Source: Candidatus Eremiobacteria bacterium | GTDB lineage: Bacteria > Vulcanimicrobiota > Vulcanimicrobiia > Vulcanimicrobiales > Vulcanimicrobiaceae | Direction: 5' to 3' | DNA: 64,000 bases | Assembly (NCBI GenBank): GCA_963758295.1 | Contig: CAVWUU010000004.1 | Location: forward strand, 64,001-128,000 | Made by a program: the position numbers and the translations under genes | Notes under the pieces: model-generated | Databases searched by the model: none | The model's input: only the letters and a program-made list of their open reading frames with translations | Told to the model about the DNA's origin: nothing | Shown: in pieces, positions 52,515 through 62,897 of the stretch | Position numbering within the stretch: the stretch's first letter is position 1 | Layout: each line of letters starts with the position of its first letter

Positions 52515-53178
52515 TCGTACGTAACGTCGGCGTTTATCTTAAACGTTAGCATTATGGCGTGTTGCGTTGCGCTAAACGTGCCATGCGTGAATGACCCAAT
52601 GCCCCTCGATCATCGAGTAGTCCAGCTGAATCATCTCGTCGCTTCCCGTGAGTTTCATTTCGATGCGCGACGGAAGCTGCGTTTGCGGATCTTCGATCAC
52701 TTCGCTTGGGTAAAACGCATTGTCGCCCGTGCGTGGCGTTGGATCGATGAGAAAATGCAACCGGTCCCCGGTGGAATCCGGCGCATACCGAGGTGCCCAG
52801 AACGACACATAAGGGATCATCGCATCGACGCTCGGGTCGGCCGCCGGAATCGGAAATGTGTATGGCGGGTCGCGCTGCAGCGAAATGTCGACTCGCTTCA
52901 AGTTGGCAAAGTAGCTAAACGAGAAGCGCGAGAACGGATCGAAGTACGCCACGATCGGAAACGCTTCGCCCACTCGTTCGCCTCCGTCCGGCAAATCGCG
53001 CATTACGGCAAGGTTGTCCGCGACGCGAACCGCGATCGTGCGATCGAATCTCGCGAGCCTGGCCGTTTCCCTCGACATGCGTGCGTTCGCGATAGGTCAT
53101 ATACGGCGGCGCCGTCGAGACGTACGTGTTGGCGGAACGGTTCACGAGTAGCGCCAGCGCAAGGTCCGGTGGAAGCAT
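52433..53178 (-). CDS. Hypothetical exported protein; two frameshifts
   Basis: Continuous reading [21 protein letters not shown] / [17 protein letters not shown] / HGTFSA..APDPRL..stop at 52433. Confidence 0.6.
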
Positions 53179-53236
53179 CGCTGTGGTCGTTGCGCCCCAA
53201 AAGGGAACGCTCCTACCGCTGAAGCAGTTCGACGCA

Positions 53237-54421
53237 ATGATCGAGCAGCCGCCGGCATCCGTCACCGACCGCGTTACGGCTTTACGCCGGGCGATTCACC
53301 GCCGTCCCGAACTCGGATTTGAAGAACATGAAACGTCGGCGCTAGTCGAACGCGAGCTGGATTCGCTCGGTATCGAACACCGGCGCGTGGCAAAGACCGG
53401 CGTTGTCGGCATCATCCGCGGGCGCTGTCCAGGACACGTCGTCGGCTTGCGCGCCGATATGGACGCGCTGCCTATCACCGAACGCACGGGGCTCGCATTT
53501 GCATCCGAGATTCCCGGAAAAATGCACGCCTGCGGCCACGACGCGCACACCGCAATGCTGCTTGGCGCGGCGCACGTGCTGCAAGGCATGCGCGAGCAGT
53601 TGCGTGGCACGGTCGTGCTGTTTTTTCAGCCGGCGGAAGAAGGGCCGGGCGGCGCAGAACCCATGATCGATGAAGGCGCGCTCGACGATCCGCGCGTCGA
53701 AGCGGTCGCAATGCTGCACGTTGATCCGCGCATCGCGCCCGGGTGAAATCGGCATCACGCCAGGGCCCGTCAATGCATCGGCGGACGAACTTTATATTAC
53801 GGTTCGCGGAAAAGGCGGTCACGGGGCGTATCCGCACACGGCGGTCGATGCGATCCCGGCTGCAAGCGCGATCGTGCTCGCGCTACAGAACTATCGCCGC
53901 GCGCGAAACGGATCCCCTGAAAAGCGTCGTCGTAACGATCGGAACGATCGGCGGCGGCTATCGAAACAACGTAATCGCCGATGAAGTGCAAATGTAGCGG
54001 CACGCTGCGCGCGCACGATCCGGAAGTGCGCGACGGCACTCGAAGCGACGCGTCCGGCGGATCGTCGACGACGTTGCCGCGGCGTACGGTGCGACCGCGG
54101 ACGTGCGCATCGTTCGCGGCTATCCGCCGGTGGTCAACAATGTTGCGCTGGCGGAAGCATTTGCGCGCTACGTGCGTGATGAAAGCGACGTGCGCGTGCA
54201 CCGGCTTGCTCCGACGATGGGCGCCGAAGACTTCGCCTATTTCGCGCGAGCCGTGCCCGGCGTGCACGTGCGTCTTCGGCATCCGCAGCGAGGCGGCGCA
54301 ATCGATCTATCCGGGCATAGCGCCGAGTTTCGAATCGACGAAGCGGCGTTGCCGGTCGGGGTGCGACGCTGGTGAATTCGCGACGGGCGTCGGCGCCGGG
54401 AATATACCGATCGAGCGATAA
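53237..54421 (+). CDS. M20D family amidohydrolase; multiple frameshifts
   Basis: [45 protein letters not shown]. Confidence 0.9.
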
Positions 54422-54468
54422 ACCGCTACAATAGTGCCTGCGATAAAAGCAGGCACTATATATAGTGC
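54422..54468. promoter_or_regulatory. Tandem NrdR-box-like palindromes
   Basis: Perfect palindrome GCACTATATATAGTGC at 54453-54468 and a one-base-short copy CCGCTACA-ATAGTGC ending 31 bp upstream. Confidence 0.65.
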
Positions 54469-54484
54469 GTTGAATGGATCAATC

Positions 54485-54983
54485 ATGGCTATTGTGACCG
54501 AGGCCTCGCCGAGCCTGGGCTGCGGTCGTTCAGTGCGAGCTCGAGATCGGTCGCCCGCTGAAGACGCGTTCGCGCTGCTATGCGCCGTGGAAAAGTGGCC
54601 CGTCTGGCTATCGTTCTTACGGAGCGCCAGGCTGGTCGAACCGCGCTCGCCGCTTGCTCTAGGCTGCGAGGTCCTCATTCGATCGTCGCTGCCGGGTGAC
54701 GAAGAGCAATTGTACGAAGTCGACCAGCACATCGCAAACTACCACTTGTCGCTCGTCGGCGCGTATTCCGTGCGCCGGCGCGCTCGATTTCCGCATCGAG
54801 CGGAAAACGTCGTGCGCGCGGCTTCACGTGAAAATTGCGTATCCCGCATATCACGGACGTTCGGTGCGCATCGCTCGACCGGTGAAACACGGCCGGAAGG
54901 TCGACGGCGCGCTGGACGAGGCGTTAGTTCACTTTAAGGGCCTCGTCGAGTACCGCAAGCGACGAGGTCCTGCCGACTTTTGA
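54485..54983 (+). CDS. SRPBCC (START/polyketide cyclase) family protein; frameshifted
   Basis: AFALL.AVEKWPVW, PL.LG, C-terminal L..FKGLVE helix. Confidence 0.65.
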
Positions 54984-54984
54984 T

Positions 54985-55011
54985 TTAGCGGTCGTTGACC
55001 GAGAGTGCTAA
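54985..55011. promoter_or_regulatory. CIRCE (HrcA operator) overlapping a sigma70 promoter
   Basis: TTAGCGGTC-N9-GAGTGCTAA against consensus TTAGCACTC-N9-GAGTGCTAA; TTGACC in the spacer, TATAAA at 55017. Confidence 0.8.
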
Positions 55012-55033
55012 CCTGGTATAAATTGCTAAGCGT

Positions 55034-55260
55034 ATGCCACTGTACGATTACCGCTGCAATCATGCGGAAGACGACCGAAGTGCGCCACGGATTCGACGAC
55101 AAGTACGACGGAGCTGTGCGCTAGTGTGGCGGCACCATGAGGCCGAGTGTTCAATCCGGCGCCGATCGTATTCAAAGGGTCGGGATTTTACGTGACCGAT
55201 TCACGTTCGCCGGCCAAATCGAGCGAAAGCTCTTCGTCGTCGGGCGACTCGGCGGCATAA
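55034..55260 (+). CDS. FmdB family zinc-ribbon protein; frameshifted, absent from the ORF track
   Basis: MPLYDYRC..., CGG, IVFKGSGFYVTDSR and Ser-rich tail. Confidence 0.85.
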
Positions 55261-55264
55261 CGGC

Positions 55265-55900
55265 ATGACGCCGCGGCGTGCTTTCTCACCGCCTGGATCT
55301 GCTCGCGATCGTTCTTGCGATTGAGGCGCTGTTCGCGTGCATCGCCTTTGCGCGTGAAGCGCCGCATGGCTGAAGTGGCGGACATCGCCGTTCACGGCAA
55401 CGCCGAAGAAGCGCGAGCGTATGCGCACCGGCTCAACGCGGATCTCAGAAACGAGGCGCCCCTTCTAGTCGCGCGCGAAGACGCGATCGACTCCATCAAC
55501 AGCGCGCTCGAAAAATTCGCATGTCGCAAGCGTTTCGCCTTGCGAACGCGATGCGGCGGTTCGTCTACTTCTTTCCGGACGCTAGCTGAAGCCCGCCCCG
55601 GGCGCTTCGTCCTCGGGCGGCTCCCAATTCCACAAGAAAGCGGCGGTCAATCCTTCAGCAGGCGGACCCGAATGCCGTGTGGTGCCGCAGGTTCCGGGAC
55701 GGCAAACGGTGCACCAAACGGGGATTGCGGTGAGGCCGAGTTCGGTTTTGGAGCGCGAGCCACGCGCGCCGTCCGGCGCAGAAATGCCAGGGGTAAACGT
55801 CCAGGCAGCGGCTCGCTCAGCGGCGTCGGGCGACCGCCGCCGGCTTAGGCGGCGGGCGGCGTGAGCCGGCGACTCGGCGGGGCGGTGGAGGCGCGGGTGG
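55265..55900 (+). other. Probable heavily frameshifted unknown gene in low-quality sequence
   Basis: Hydrophobic segment LDLLAIVLAIEALFACIAF then fragmented frames; no family recognised. Confidence 0.25.
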
Positions 55901-55901
55901 C

Positions 55902-56766
55902 TCAACCGGTGGCAATTCGTAGGCGACGAGGCGTGGACGGCGGCGGATGGCGCGGCCGCGGGTTCCGGAGCGGCATTGCGCGGCGCGCGGGCGCTTCGGC
56001 GTTGTCACGGCGACGGGGCGCGCGGGACGCTAAATTCGGCGCCGGGAGATCGCCCACGGCCGCACCCATGAGTACGAATCGCGGCGGCGGAAGCATCGCC
56101 GATCGGAACGCTCTGCGATCGCGCGTAACTCTTCCATGAATTCGCGCGGCGCTTGTTCCACTTCCATGGTGTCGTAGCAGCAACTGCACCGAATCTGAAA
56201 AGATACTCACGCGGCGGAACTTTCGTAAACGCAAACACGTGTTGCGTGATTTCCGCCTTCACGAACTCAGCAGTTTCTTCCAATAGTCGAGGGCTGGTAG
56301 TATTCGAATTGCCCGAGTTCGCGTTTGGCCTGCGAGTATAGCGGACGCGATGCGTTTGCCGAGCGGATCGGCCGGGGGCGCGGGCTCGACCACGGCGACG
56401 CGGCGCGCGACGCGCGCCAATTCCGATAGCACTTGCGCGTGGAAGAACGGATCGATTTCGTGCAGATAATGAAAGGAAATCGCAAGGTCGAACGTGTTGT
56501 CTTTCGCGGGAATCACCGAAGTGCTGCCGCGCAGCAACTTCGCTCCCAGATCGGCGAAGCGATGGATTTCTTCCTTGCGGTGTTCGATCACCGTGACGTT
56601 GGCGCCGGCGTCCATGCGCGCGCTTTACGTAGTTCCCGTCGGGACCATAGCCGCAGAACAGAATCTTCGTGCGCGGCTCTACGACGAGCGCTTCCCAAAC
56701 CAGCGTTTCGAGGTGCCGTGATTCGGCTTCGAACTCGTCGGCCGTGTAAACCGGCTGAACGTTCAC
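55902..56766 (-). CDS. Class I SAM-dependent methyltransferase-like protein; frameshifted, 3' end uncertain
   Basis: ILFCGYGPDG, DNTFDLAISFHYLHE, LSELARV; GTGA overlap with aroA. Confidence 0.7.
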
Positions 56767-58052
56767 GCGATCTGTACTCTCCTTAATGTCTCGACGAAAT
56801 CCGGAAAACTGACGTCGATGCTTGCGTCGCTATCCACGGTTAGCGGTCCGGCCGCCGCAGCGAGCACGGCTGTTGCCATGGCGATACGGTGGTCGTGATG
56901 CGTTTCCACCACGCCCGCTTCGCCCCTTGGCGTGCCGCCGTGAATCACGAGTCCGTTTGCTGCTACCTCCAATTCGATGCCCACCGCTTCCAAAAGGCGC
57001 TCGATGGCGGCGACGCGATCCGATTCTTTGGTCCGTAATTCCCGGATGCCGGTAATTTTGGTGTCGCCTTTCGCGAACGCAGCGGCGGCGGCAACGAGCG
57101 GAATCTCGTCGATCGCGCGAAGCGCCATATCGGGACCAACCGTCGTTCCTTGCAATTGCGCCGACGTAATGTGAACGTCGGCAACCGGTTCGCCGCTGAC
57201 TTCCCGCTCGTTTTGTACGTCGATATGCGCGCCCATCGCCAGCAGGATGTCGAGCAGCCCCGTTCGCGTCGGATTGACATTGAGGTCTTCAATGCGCAGG
57301 TCGCTGCCGTTCGTCAGCGTTGCGGCTGTGATAAAGAAGGCCGCCGCGGAGAAATCGCCGGGCACGTCGACCGGCGCAACGCGATTCGGACCGCTTTGCA
57401 AGTCGATGCTCTTTCCGTTCCAGGTTATCTCCGCCCCGAGATACTTGAGCAATCGTTCCGTATGATCGCGCGACCCGGTATCGGCGTTGATCTGCACGGG
57501 GCTCTTCGAGAAAACGCCGGCAAAAAGCAGCGCGGACTTGATTTGCGCAGATGGCGTAATCAAGATGAAGCGCCGCGTGTCAATATTCGGCGTGCCCTCG
57601 ATTTCGAGCGGAAGTTTGCCGTCGTTCGTTTCAATTTTCGAGCCAAATGCACGAAGCTGCGCCGCGACGGGCTCCATCGGCCGTTTGCGCAACGAGTCGT
57701 CGCCGTCGAATTGCGCTCGCACGTCCGCACCCGCGCATACGCCGAGCAGCATCCGTGCGGTGGACCCGGAATTCATGCAGTCGATCGGTCCCATTGGATC
57801 GCGCAATCGGCCGCCGCTGATATGCAAGGAGACATTATCGCCTTCGACATGCGCTCCCAGTGCAATGAGCGCTTCCAGCGTTGCGCGGACGTCCCGTCCG
57901 GGATTTAAGTTAGCGATCGGAAGTGGTTCGGTGCCCGCGGCACCTGCAATGAGCGCGCGGTGCGAAATCGATTTATCGCCGGGAATCTTGATGGAGCCGC
58001 GAAGCGCACCCGCAGTAAAGCGGCGCTGACTGGAGGTACCGGGGTCAGGCAT
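56763..58052 (-). CDS. aroA: 3-phosphoshikimate 1-carboxyvinyltransferase (class II EPSPS)
   Basis: PGDKSISHR, NSGSTAR, RPM, SAQIKS, RDHTE, KESDR, DHRIAM. Confidence 0.96.
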   Translation of the reverse strand: MPDPGTSSQRRFTAGALRGSIKIPGDKSISHRALIAGAAGTEPLPIANLNPGRDVRATLEALIALGAHVEGDNVSLHISGGRLRDPMGPIDCMNSGSTARMLLGVCAGADVRAQFDGDDSLRKRPMEPVAAQLRAFGSKIETNDGKLPLEIEGTPNIDTRRFILITPSAQIKSALLFAGVFSKSPVQINADTGSRDHTERLLKYLGAEITWNGKSIDLQSGPNRVAPVDVPGDFSAAAFFITAATLTNGSDLRIEDLNVNPTRTGLLDILLAMGAHIDVQNEREVSGEPVADVHITSAQLQGTTVGPDMALRAIDEIPLVAAAAAFAKGDTKITGIRELRTKESDRVAAIERLLEAVGIELEVAANGLVIHGGTPRGEAGVVETHHDHRIAMATAVLAAAAGPLTVDSDASIDVSFPDFVETLRRVQIA

Positions 58053-58215
58053 AACGCTCTGCAGTTGAGAGCGTGGCCCCGCCGGTCCTGCAGCGACTGG
58101 CCCGGAAAAGTGCGCGTTGGCTAAAGCTGCCGTCAGCGCGCTCTCCGAACTAATCTTGAATGTACGATACGGCCTGTGAATGACCGTGCTATTAAAAGAA
58201 CGGTGATTGGGGTCT

Positions 58216-58560
58216 TTAATCGGGCAAAACGCACGCGACGGAACGGTTGAGTTCTACGCGAAGGTGTTTTGCCGATACCGAACGGGCGCGTTGGTCGATC
58301 TCGACTCGCGAAGCTTTCGTTCCGTCTTCGGATTGAAAGCTTACGGAGATCGTCGCGTTTTCGCCGAAGGATTCCTCAGTCGCGACTCCGGCCGTTCCGG
58401 CGATCCGGCCGTGGCCTTGCGCAAACGTGATCGATCCCATCGCATCGTTGCAAGAATGCAATGCGCGCTTGAACGTGACGTTCGAATCGTGAAGCGTCAC
58501 GGTTTGTGCCATGGTGGAAGCCGCGAGCAGAAGAACAGAAGCGACGACCGCGAGATTCAT
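58216..58560 (-). CDS. Small secreted hypothetical protein
   Basis: GGGAG RBS; signal peptide; two Cys. Confidence 0.6.
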   Translation of the reverse strand: MNLAVVASVLLLAASTMAQTVTLHDSNVTFKRALHSCNDAMGSITFAQGHGRIAGTAGVATEESFGENATISVSFQSEDGTKASRVEIDQRARSVSAKHLRVELNRSVACVLPD

Positions 58561-58658
58561 AGATCACTCCCTACTTTGAGCACCGAGGTTCCGGTGGGAA
58601 GGTGGGATAGGAAAGCCATTCTCGCGGTTCTGCCGGTTTCGCCTGCCCCCTCCATATG

Positions 58659-58684
58659 AAAAAACGCTCGTAGATTACGAGCGT
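58659..58684 (-). terminator. Terminator after tRNA-Leu
   Basis: ACGCTCGTA-GAT-TACGAGCGT with T tract on the minus strand. Confidence 0.8.
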
Positions 58685-58690
58685 AGTTCA

Positions 58691-58774
58691 TGGTGGGGAA
58701 AGTGGGATTTGAACCCACACGAGTTGCCCCGGCCGCTTTTGAGGCGGCTGCGTCTGCCGTTCCGCCATTTCCCC
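58691..58774 (-). tRNA. tRNA-Leu(CAA)
   Basis: GCCGC-CT-CAA-AA-GCGGC; variable arm; encoded CCA. Confidence 0.96.
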
Positions 58775-58781
58775 ACGGCGA

Positions 58782-61205
58782 CTAGGGGCGATTCGCGGCG
58801 GTGGGCGGTGCTCCTTGCGAGAGCGTAAATCGAATGGTTTCGTCCCGGTTTGCCGGGTAGACCAGCCGTTCCAGGCGGTATTCTGCCTTGACCGTCTCTT
58901 GCGCTTGCGCTTGCGGGTCTTTCGGCCACGCAACATCAACGCCCGCCGGCGCGATTGCCGACAGCGACGCGGCGGGTTCGGATGCCCGAATCGTCACCAC
59001 GAGCGATTCGCCGTCGAGTTCGAAGTGCTTGGTGAAATGCACGGGCGCCGGGCCGAAGTCTGGTGCCTCGTACGTACAGGTGACGCTCTTGCGTTCCTGC
59101 CCATAAGCGCATTGATAGGGGCGATTGAACGTGCCTGCTTCGATCGGATGCGTGTACGCCGCGATATAATCGCGCGGAGAAGGGGGCGGCGGCGATTCTA
59201 CGTCGTCGCGCACCGCGCCGATAGACGTAAAGAGATTCTTGCCATCCGCAAGATTCTCGAAAAGGAACACGCGAGCGCCGGCATTCGCGGCAATGACTAC
59301 GCGAACCGCGCCGTCGTTCAACTCCAACGTAGGCGAGCCGTCGTCATAGGCATCGTCGGGCGTTGAAGCCGTTGCCGTCCAGGCAGCGTGGGTAACCGGG
59401 ACGCGACTCGGCGGGAGTGATGGCGGAGCGGCGGGCGCGAGCGGTTGCACGGTGATATCATGCGCGCCGTTGCGGTCGATCCAGAAGTCGCACGCAGATT
59501 GCGGCGCCATAATGTACGCCGGCAACTTTATCGCATGGTTGCCAAGCCGAACGGTTACGGAGGGAACGGCACGCGCTGACTGCGATGCATTAAATGCGTC
59601 GAAGACCGCCGCTGTACCGTGCGGATTAACCAGCAGCGCAGCGTCGGTGATCCCGTGCGTCGCAGAACTAGCACCGGCCGCAACCGCTGCATCGACCGAT
59701 GCTTCGACGGCAACGTGGGCGGCGCGAACGCCCGCTAGCCGCCGGTCGATCGACGGAAGGTATCGCATCGGGAAACCGGTTTGCGGGACGACCAAAAACC
59801 GTGTTGCTCGCAGATCGTTTAGCGAATCGTAACGCAGGTCCACTAAGCGGCACGTGCGTGCAAGAGTGCGGCACCGTTGCAATGCCGCAATCGTCAGATC
59901 GGCCATGTGTCCGATGCGATCGTTCGGAACGAGCGTCGCATCGTAGGCGCTGGGGAGCCAGGCGATCTCGATATCGGTTTGCGGCCGCATTGTCGCGAGG
60001 TCTGCGCCGTGCGTGCGAAGGAGCGAACCGAACGCATCGACGGCCGAGGCGCGCGGGCTTTCCGTACCCTGAAGCGAAAATGCCGCCCTCCACGCATAAA
60101 ACCAGTTCGTCCACGGCGCTTCCCACCCAGCCGGATTGAGGGTATCCGCCAGCGGGAAATTAACGACGCCGTGCGCGCCGTACTGAAGCATTTCGTGCAG
60201 CGCAATCGTGGTATTCTGCGGCGTGGACGCGCGAGCAGCGACTTCGTCCGCGCCTTGCAGCCAGCCGGCTTGGAATTCGCTCGCCATAACCGGTTTGCCG
60301 GGCTGCGTTTGCAACAATGCGGTAGAGAAGCCGAGTTGCGCGATGTCGTGATCGCCGATGATTTCCGCATCGGATTGGTACCAGTTTCCCCAAGCCCATG
60401 CCGGCGCGGAGGCCGTAACCTTCATTTGAAAGGTGTTGATAAAGAGCGGCACGTTCGTCCCCACCGTGGATTGAACCGTGGAGCGCAGCCAGCTCATATA
60501 TTGATGCCAATGCGGTGCGGGCCATGTGTCATTGTCGATATACGCGCCTTGATCGTCGTCAAGTGCAATTGCGAGGACGTCGTGCGACCAGGGCTCGACC
60601 TCGTGCAGAACATCGTGCAGCCAGTGGGAAGATGCTGCGAGGTGCGTTCGGTTAGCGAGCCACTCCGCGGCCGCCGCATCGGCGTGCGCATTTTGATACG
60701 TGGCAGTGGCCGGGTAGCGACCTTCCAGGACATCGTGCAGCGGCATATTGTATTCCGGTCGCTCAAGCAGCCAATCCGGATAGCCGCCGTTGCGCCACTC
60801 GTTACGAATCACGGGACCCGGCCGTACAATCGTTTTGAAGCCCAACTCGTGCACGAGAGAAAACAACGCGTGCAAATCACGCCGCGAATTCGTCGCTCCG
60901 GTGAAATCTTTGGTTTTTGAGTCGGGTTCGTGCCAATTCCAAATAAGGTAGAGGTCAATCGTATTGATGCCGGCGCGTTTATATGAAAGCAGGGCGTCAC
61001 GCCATTGCGATCGAGGCGTGCGCTCGTAAAAGAACGCTGCCCCGTACACGAAAAACGGCTTCCCGTTCACCAGAAAGACCGGCGTGCCGCCTTCGTTGGA
61101 GATTTTCGCGGTGTGCCAGGTGCTCCACGTATCGGCCGCTCGCGCGCCAAGCGGCAGCAAGAAGAAGAGCGCGGCTGCAACGGCGACTCGCCAAAACCTC
61201 ATCAT
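58782..61205 (-). CDS. Secreted GH35-like glycoside hydrolase
   Basis: Signal peptide; YLIWNWHEP, RPGP....EW.NGG.P.WL, SEFQAGW. Confidence 0.85.
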   Translation of the reverse strand: MMRFWRVAVAAALFFLLPLGARAADTWSTWHTAKISNEGGTPVFLVNGKPFFVYGAAFFYERTPRSQWRDALLSYKRAGINTIDLYLIWNWHEPDSKTKDFTGATNSRRDLHALFSLVHELGFKTIVRPGPVIRNEWRNGGYPDWLLERPEYNMPLHDVLEGRYPATATYQNAHADAAAAEWLANRTHLAASSHWLHDVLHEVEPWSHDVLAIALDDDQGAYIDNDTWPAPHWHQYMSWLRSTVQSTVGTNVPLFINTFQMKVTASAPAWAWGNWYQSDAEIIGDHDIAQLGFSTALLQTQPGKPVMASEFQAGWLQGADEVAARASTPQNTTIALHEMLQYGAHGVVNFPLADTLNPAGWEAPWTNWFYAWRAAFSLQGTESPRASAVDAFGSLLRTHGADLATMRPQTDIEIAWLPSAYDATLVPNDRIGHMADLTIAALQRCRTLARTCRLVDLRYDSLNDLRATRFLVVPQTGFPMRYLPSIDRRLAGVRAAHVAVEASVDAAVAAGASSATHGITDAALLVNPHGTAAVFDAFNASQSARAVPSVTVRLGNHAIKLPAYIMAPQSACDFWIDRNGAHDITVQPLAPAAPPSLPPSRVPVTHAAWTATASTPDDAYDDGSPTLELNDGAVRVVIAANAGARVFLFENLADGKNLFTSIGAVRDDVESPPPPSPRDYIAAYTHPIEAGTFNRPYQCAYGQERKSVTCTYEAPDFGPAPVHFTKHFELDGESLVVTIRASEPAASLSAIAPAGVDVAWPKDPQAQAQETVKAEYRLERLVYPANRDETIRFTLSQGAPPTAANRP

Positions 61206-61260
61206 GCGCCCAGGTCATTCGGTGAGGTATGCGGGCTACCCCGTGGCGAACGAATAGGCG

Positions 61261-62301
61261 ATGCAAAACGGCGGATATGCACGGCTTTTGGGCCTCGAGG
61301 GCAACGTTTGGTTCGATTGGATCGATAGCGAAGCGCTTGCGGGAAATGCGCTCGGCGATTCGAGTACCAAACCGGTCGTCGTATACACGCCGCAGGATTA
61401 CGATGCGCAAGGCTCCCGGCGTTATCCGGCCATCTACATCTTACACGGCTACACCGGCGACGCAGCCAAACTCGTCTCGGCGGCTCAGTGGGAACGCAAC
61501 GTGCTGCAGTGGGCCGATTCGCTGATTCGCGAGCGCCGCATGCCGCCGGTAATTGTGGTCCTAGTCGACGGTTTCACGCGTTTAGGCGGATCGCAGTACG
61601 TCGATTCGATTCAAAACGGTAATTATGCGACGTATGTGACGCGCGATGTCGTGAATCACGTCGACGCAAATTACCGCACGATTGCGCGCGAGGGCGGCCG
61701 CGCCGTTGCCGGCAAGTCCTCAGGCGGATTCGGAGCGATGCATCTCGTGATGCAGCAACCCGGTGTTTTTGCGGCGTTTGCCTCGCACAGCGGCGATGCG
61801 TACTTCCGCTATATCTTTCCGCAATCGTTTGCGGATGCGCAGCGTACGCTCGAACGCCACGATTTTAACATTGAGGCGTTCGTGGAAAGCTTTGAAGGCA
61901 AACACAAACGCGGACACGCGGAATTCGATACGATGACGGGCCTGGCGATGGCGGCCGCCTATTCGCCGCGATCGGCGAAGCCGTTTGATATCGATTTGCC
62001 CTTCGATCTGAAGTCGGGCGAACTCCGCCAGGACGTGTTCGACCGATGGCTCGCGTTCGACCCGGCCGAACGCGTTGCAAGCTCGCTCGGGGAACTAGAG
62101 CGGCTGCGCCTGCGTTACCTGGACTGCGGGCGCCGCGACGAGTACAAGCTCGACATCGGCGCGAGAATAGTCGCAGATCGAATGCGTGAGGCCGGGTTAA
62201 CGGTCCGCCACGAGGAGTTCGACGACGACCACCGCAACGTTGCATATCGATACGCAGTCTCGCTTCCCGCCCTCGCCGGCGTCCTAGACGAAAGACCATG
62301 A
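61261..62301 (+). CDS. Alpha/beta hydrolase esterase (Fes-like)
   Basis: VYTP..Y, YILHG, GKSSGG nucleophile elbow, DCG..DE, C-terminal His. Confidence 0.88.
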   Translation: MQNGGYARLLGLEGNVWFDWIDSEALAGNALGDSSTKPVVVYTPQDYDAQGSRRYPAIYILHGYTGDAAKLVSAAQWERNVLQWADSLIRERRMPPVIVVLVDGFTRLGGSQYVDSIQNGNYATYVTRDVVNHVDANYRTIAREGGRAVAGKSSGGFGAMHLVMQQPGVFAAFASHSGDAYFRYIFPQSFADAQRTLERHDFNIEAFVESFEGKHKRGHAEFDTMTGLAMAAAYSPRSAKPFDIDLPFDLKSGELRQDVFDRWLAFDPAERVASSLGELERLRLRYLDCGRRDEYKLDIGARIVADRMREAGLTVRHEEFDDDHRNVAYRYAVSLPALAGVLDERP

Positions 62302-62897
62302 AACGTTTCGCCCTGCTTCTCATCGCGCTTTTGGCCGCCGCGCCTTTCACCGTTTCCGCTCAGACGGCTCCGTCGAACGGTGGCGCAAATCCATCGTGGA
62401 CGCCTACGCCTACGCCGATCAATCCTCATCAATATAACGACGCCGCGATGCACTTCGAGGCGCCGCCGGCGTGGCATCTCGTAGGCTACCGGGTTCTGCC
62501 GCTCTCGGCGCTCGGAGACGATCTGCAGGTGGTAGCGGGCTGGGCGAACGGCGACGGAAACCGGCCTCAAGCGATTACCATTTCGCAGGAAAGCTTCGAC
62601 GGCAACGTCTCGAGTTTCGAAACGCGCTTCGAAAACGACATGCGCCAACAGTACGACAACATTCTGGTGAAAAGTAAAGAACCGACGACGTTGCTCAACG
62701 GAATGCCGGCGTACTTCCTCGACATGTCCTACGGCGAAGGCTTCACGGCGCGCAAGCAATTCGCCCTGTTATGGGCGGACGGCTCGCGCGGCGTAGCTAT
62801 TTCGGTAATGGGCCGGGTTGGTGAAATCGACCCCGCGTCGGCAAAGAAGCTGATCTCAAACGTGAGCGCGGTCCGCTACCCGTTCGGTCGCGAGTAG
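62298..62897 (+). CDS. Secreted hypothetical protein
   Basis: Signal peptide and PTPTP linker; ATGA overlap with the esterase. Confidence 0.65.
   Translation: MKRFALLLIALLAAAPFTVSAQTAPSNGGANPSWTPTPTPINPHQYNDAAMHFEAPPAWHLVGYRVLPLSALGDDLQVVAGWANGDGNRPQAITISQESFDGNVSSFETRFENDMRQQYDNILVKSKEPTTLLNGMPAYFLDMSYGEGFTARKQFALLWADGSRGVAISVMGRVGEIDPASAKKLISNVSAVRYPFGRE

Noticed and set aside
58561..58658. Possible c-di-GMP riboswitch (GGCGAAACC) upstream of the 58560 gene
   Set aside because: The remaining conserved GEMM elements are absent
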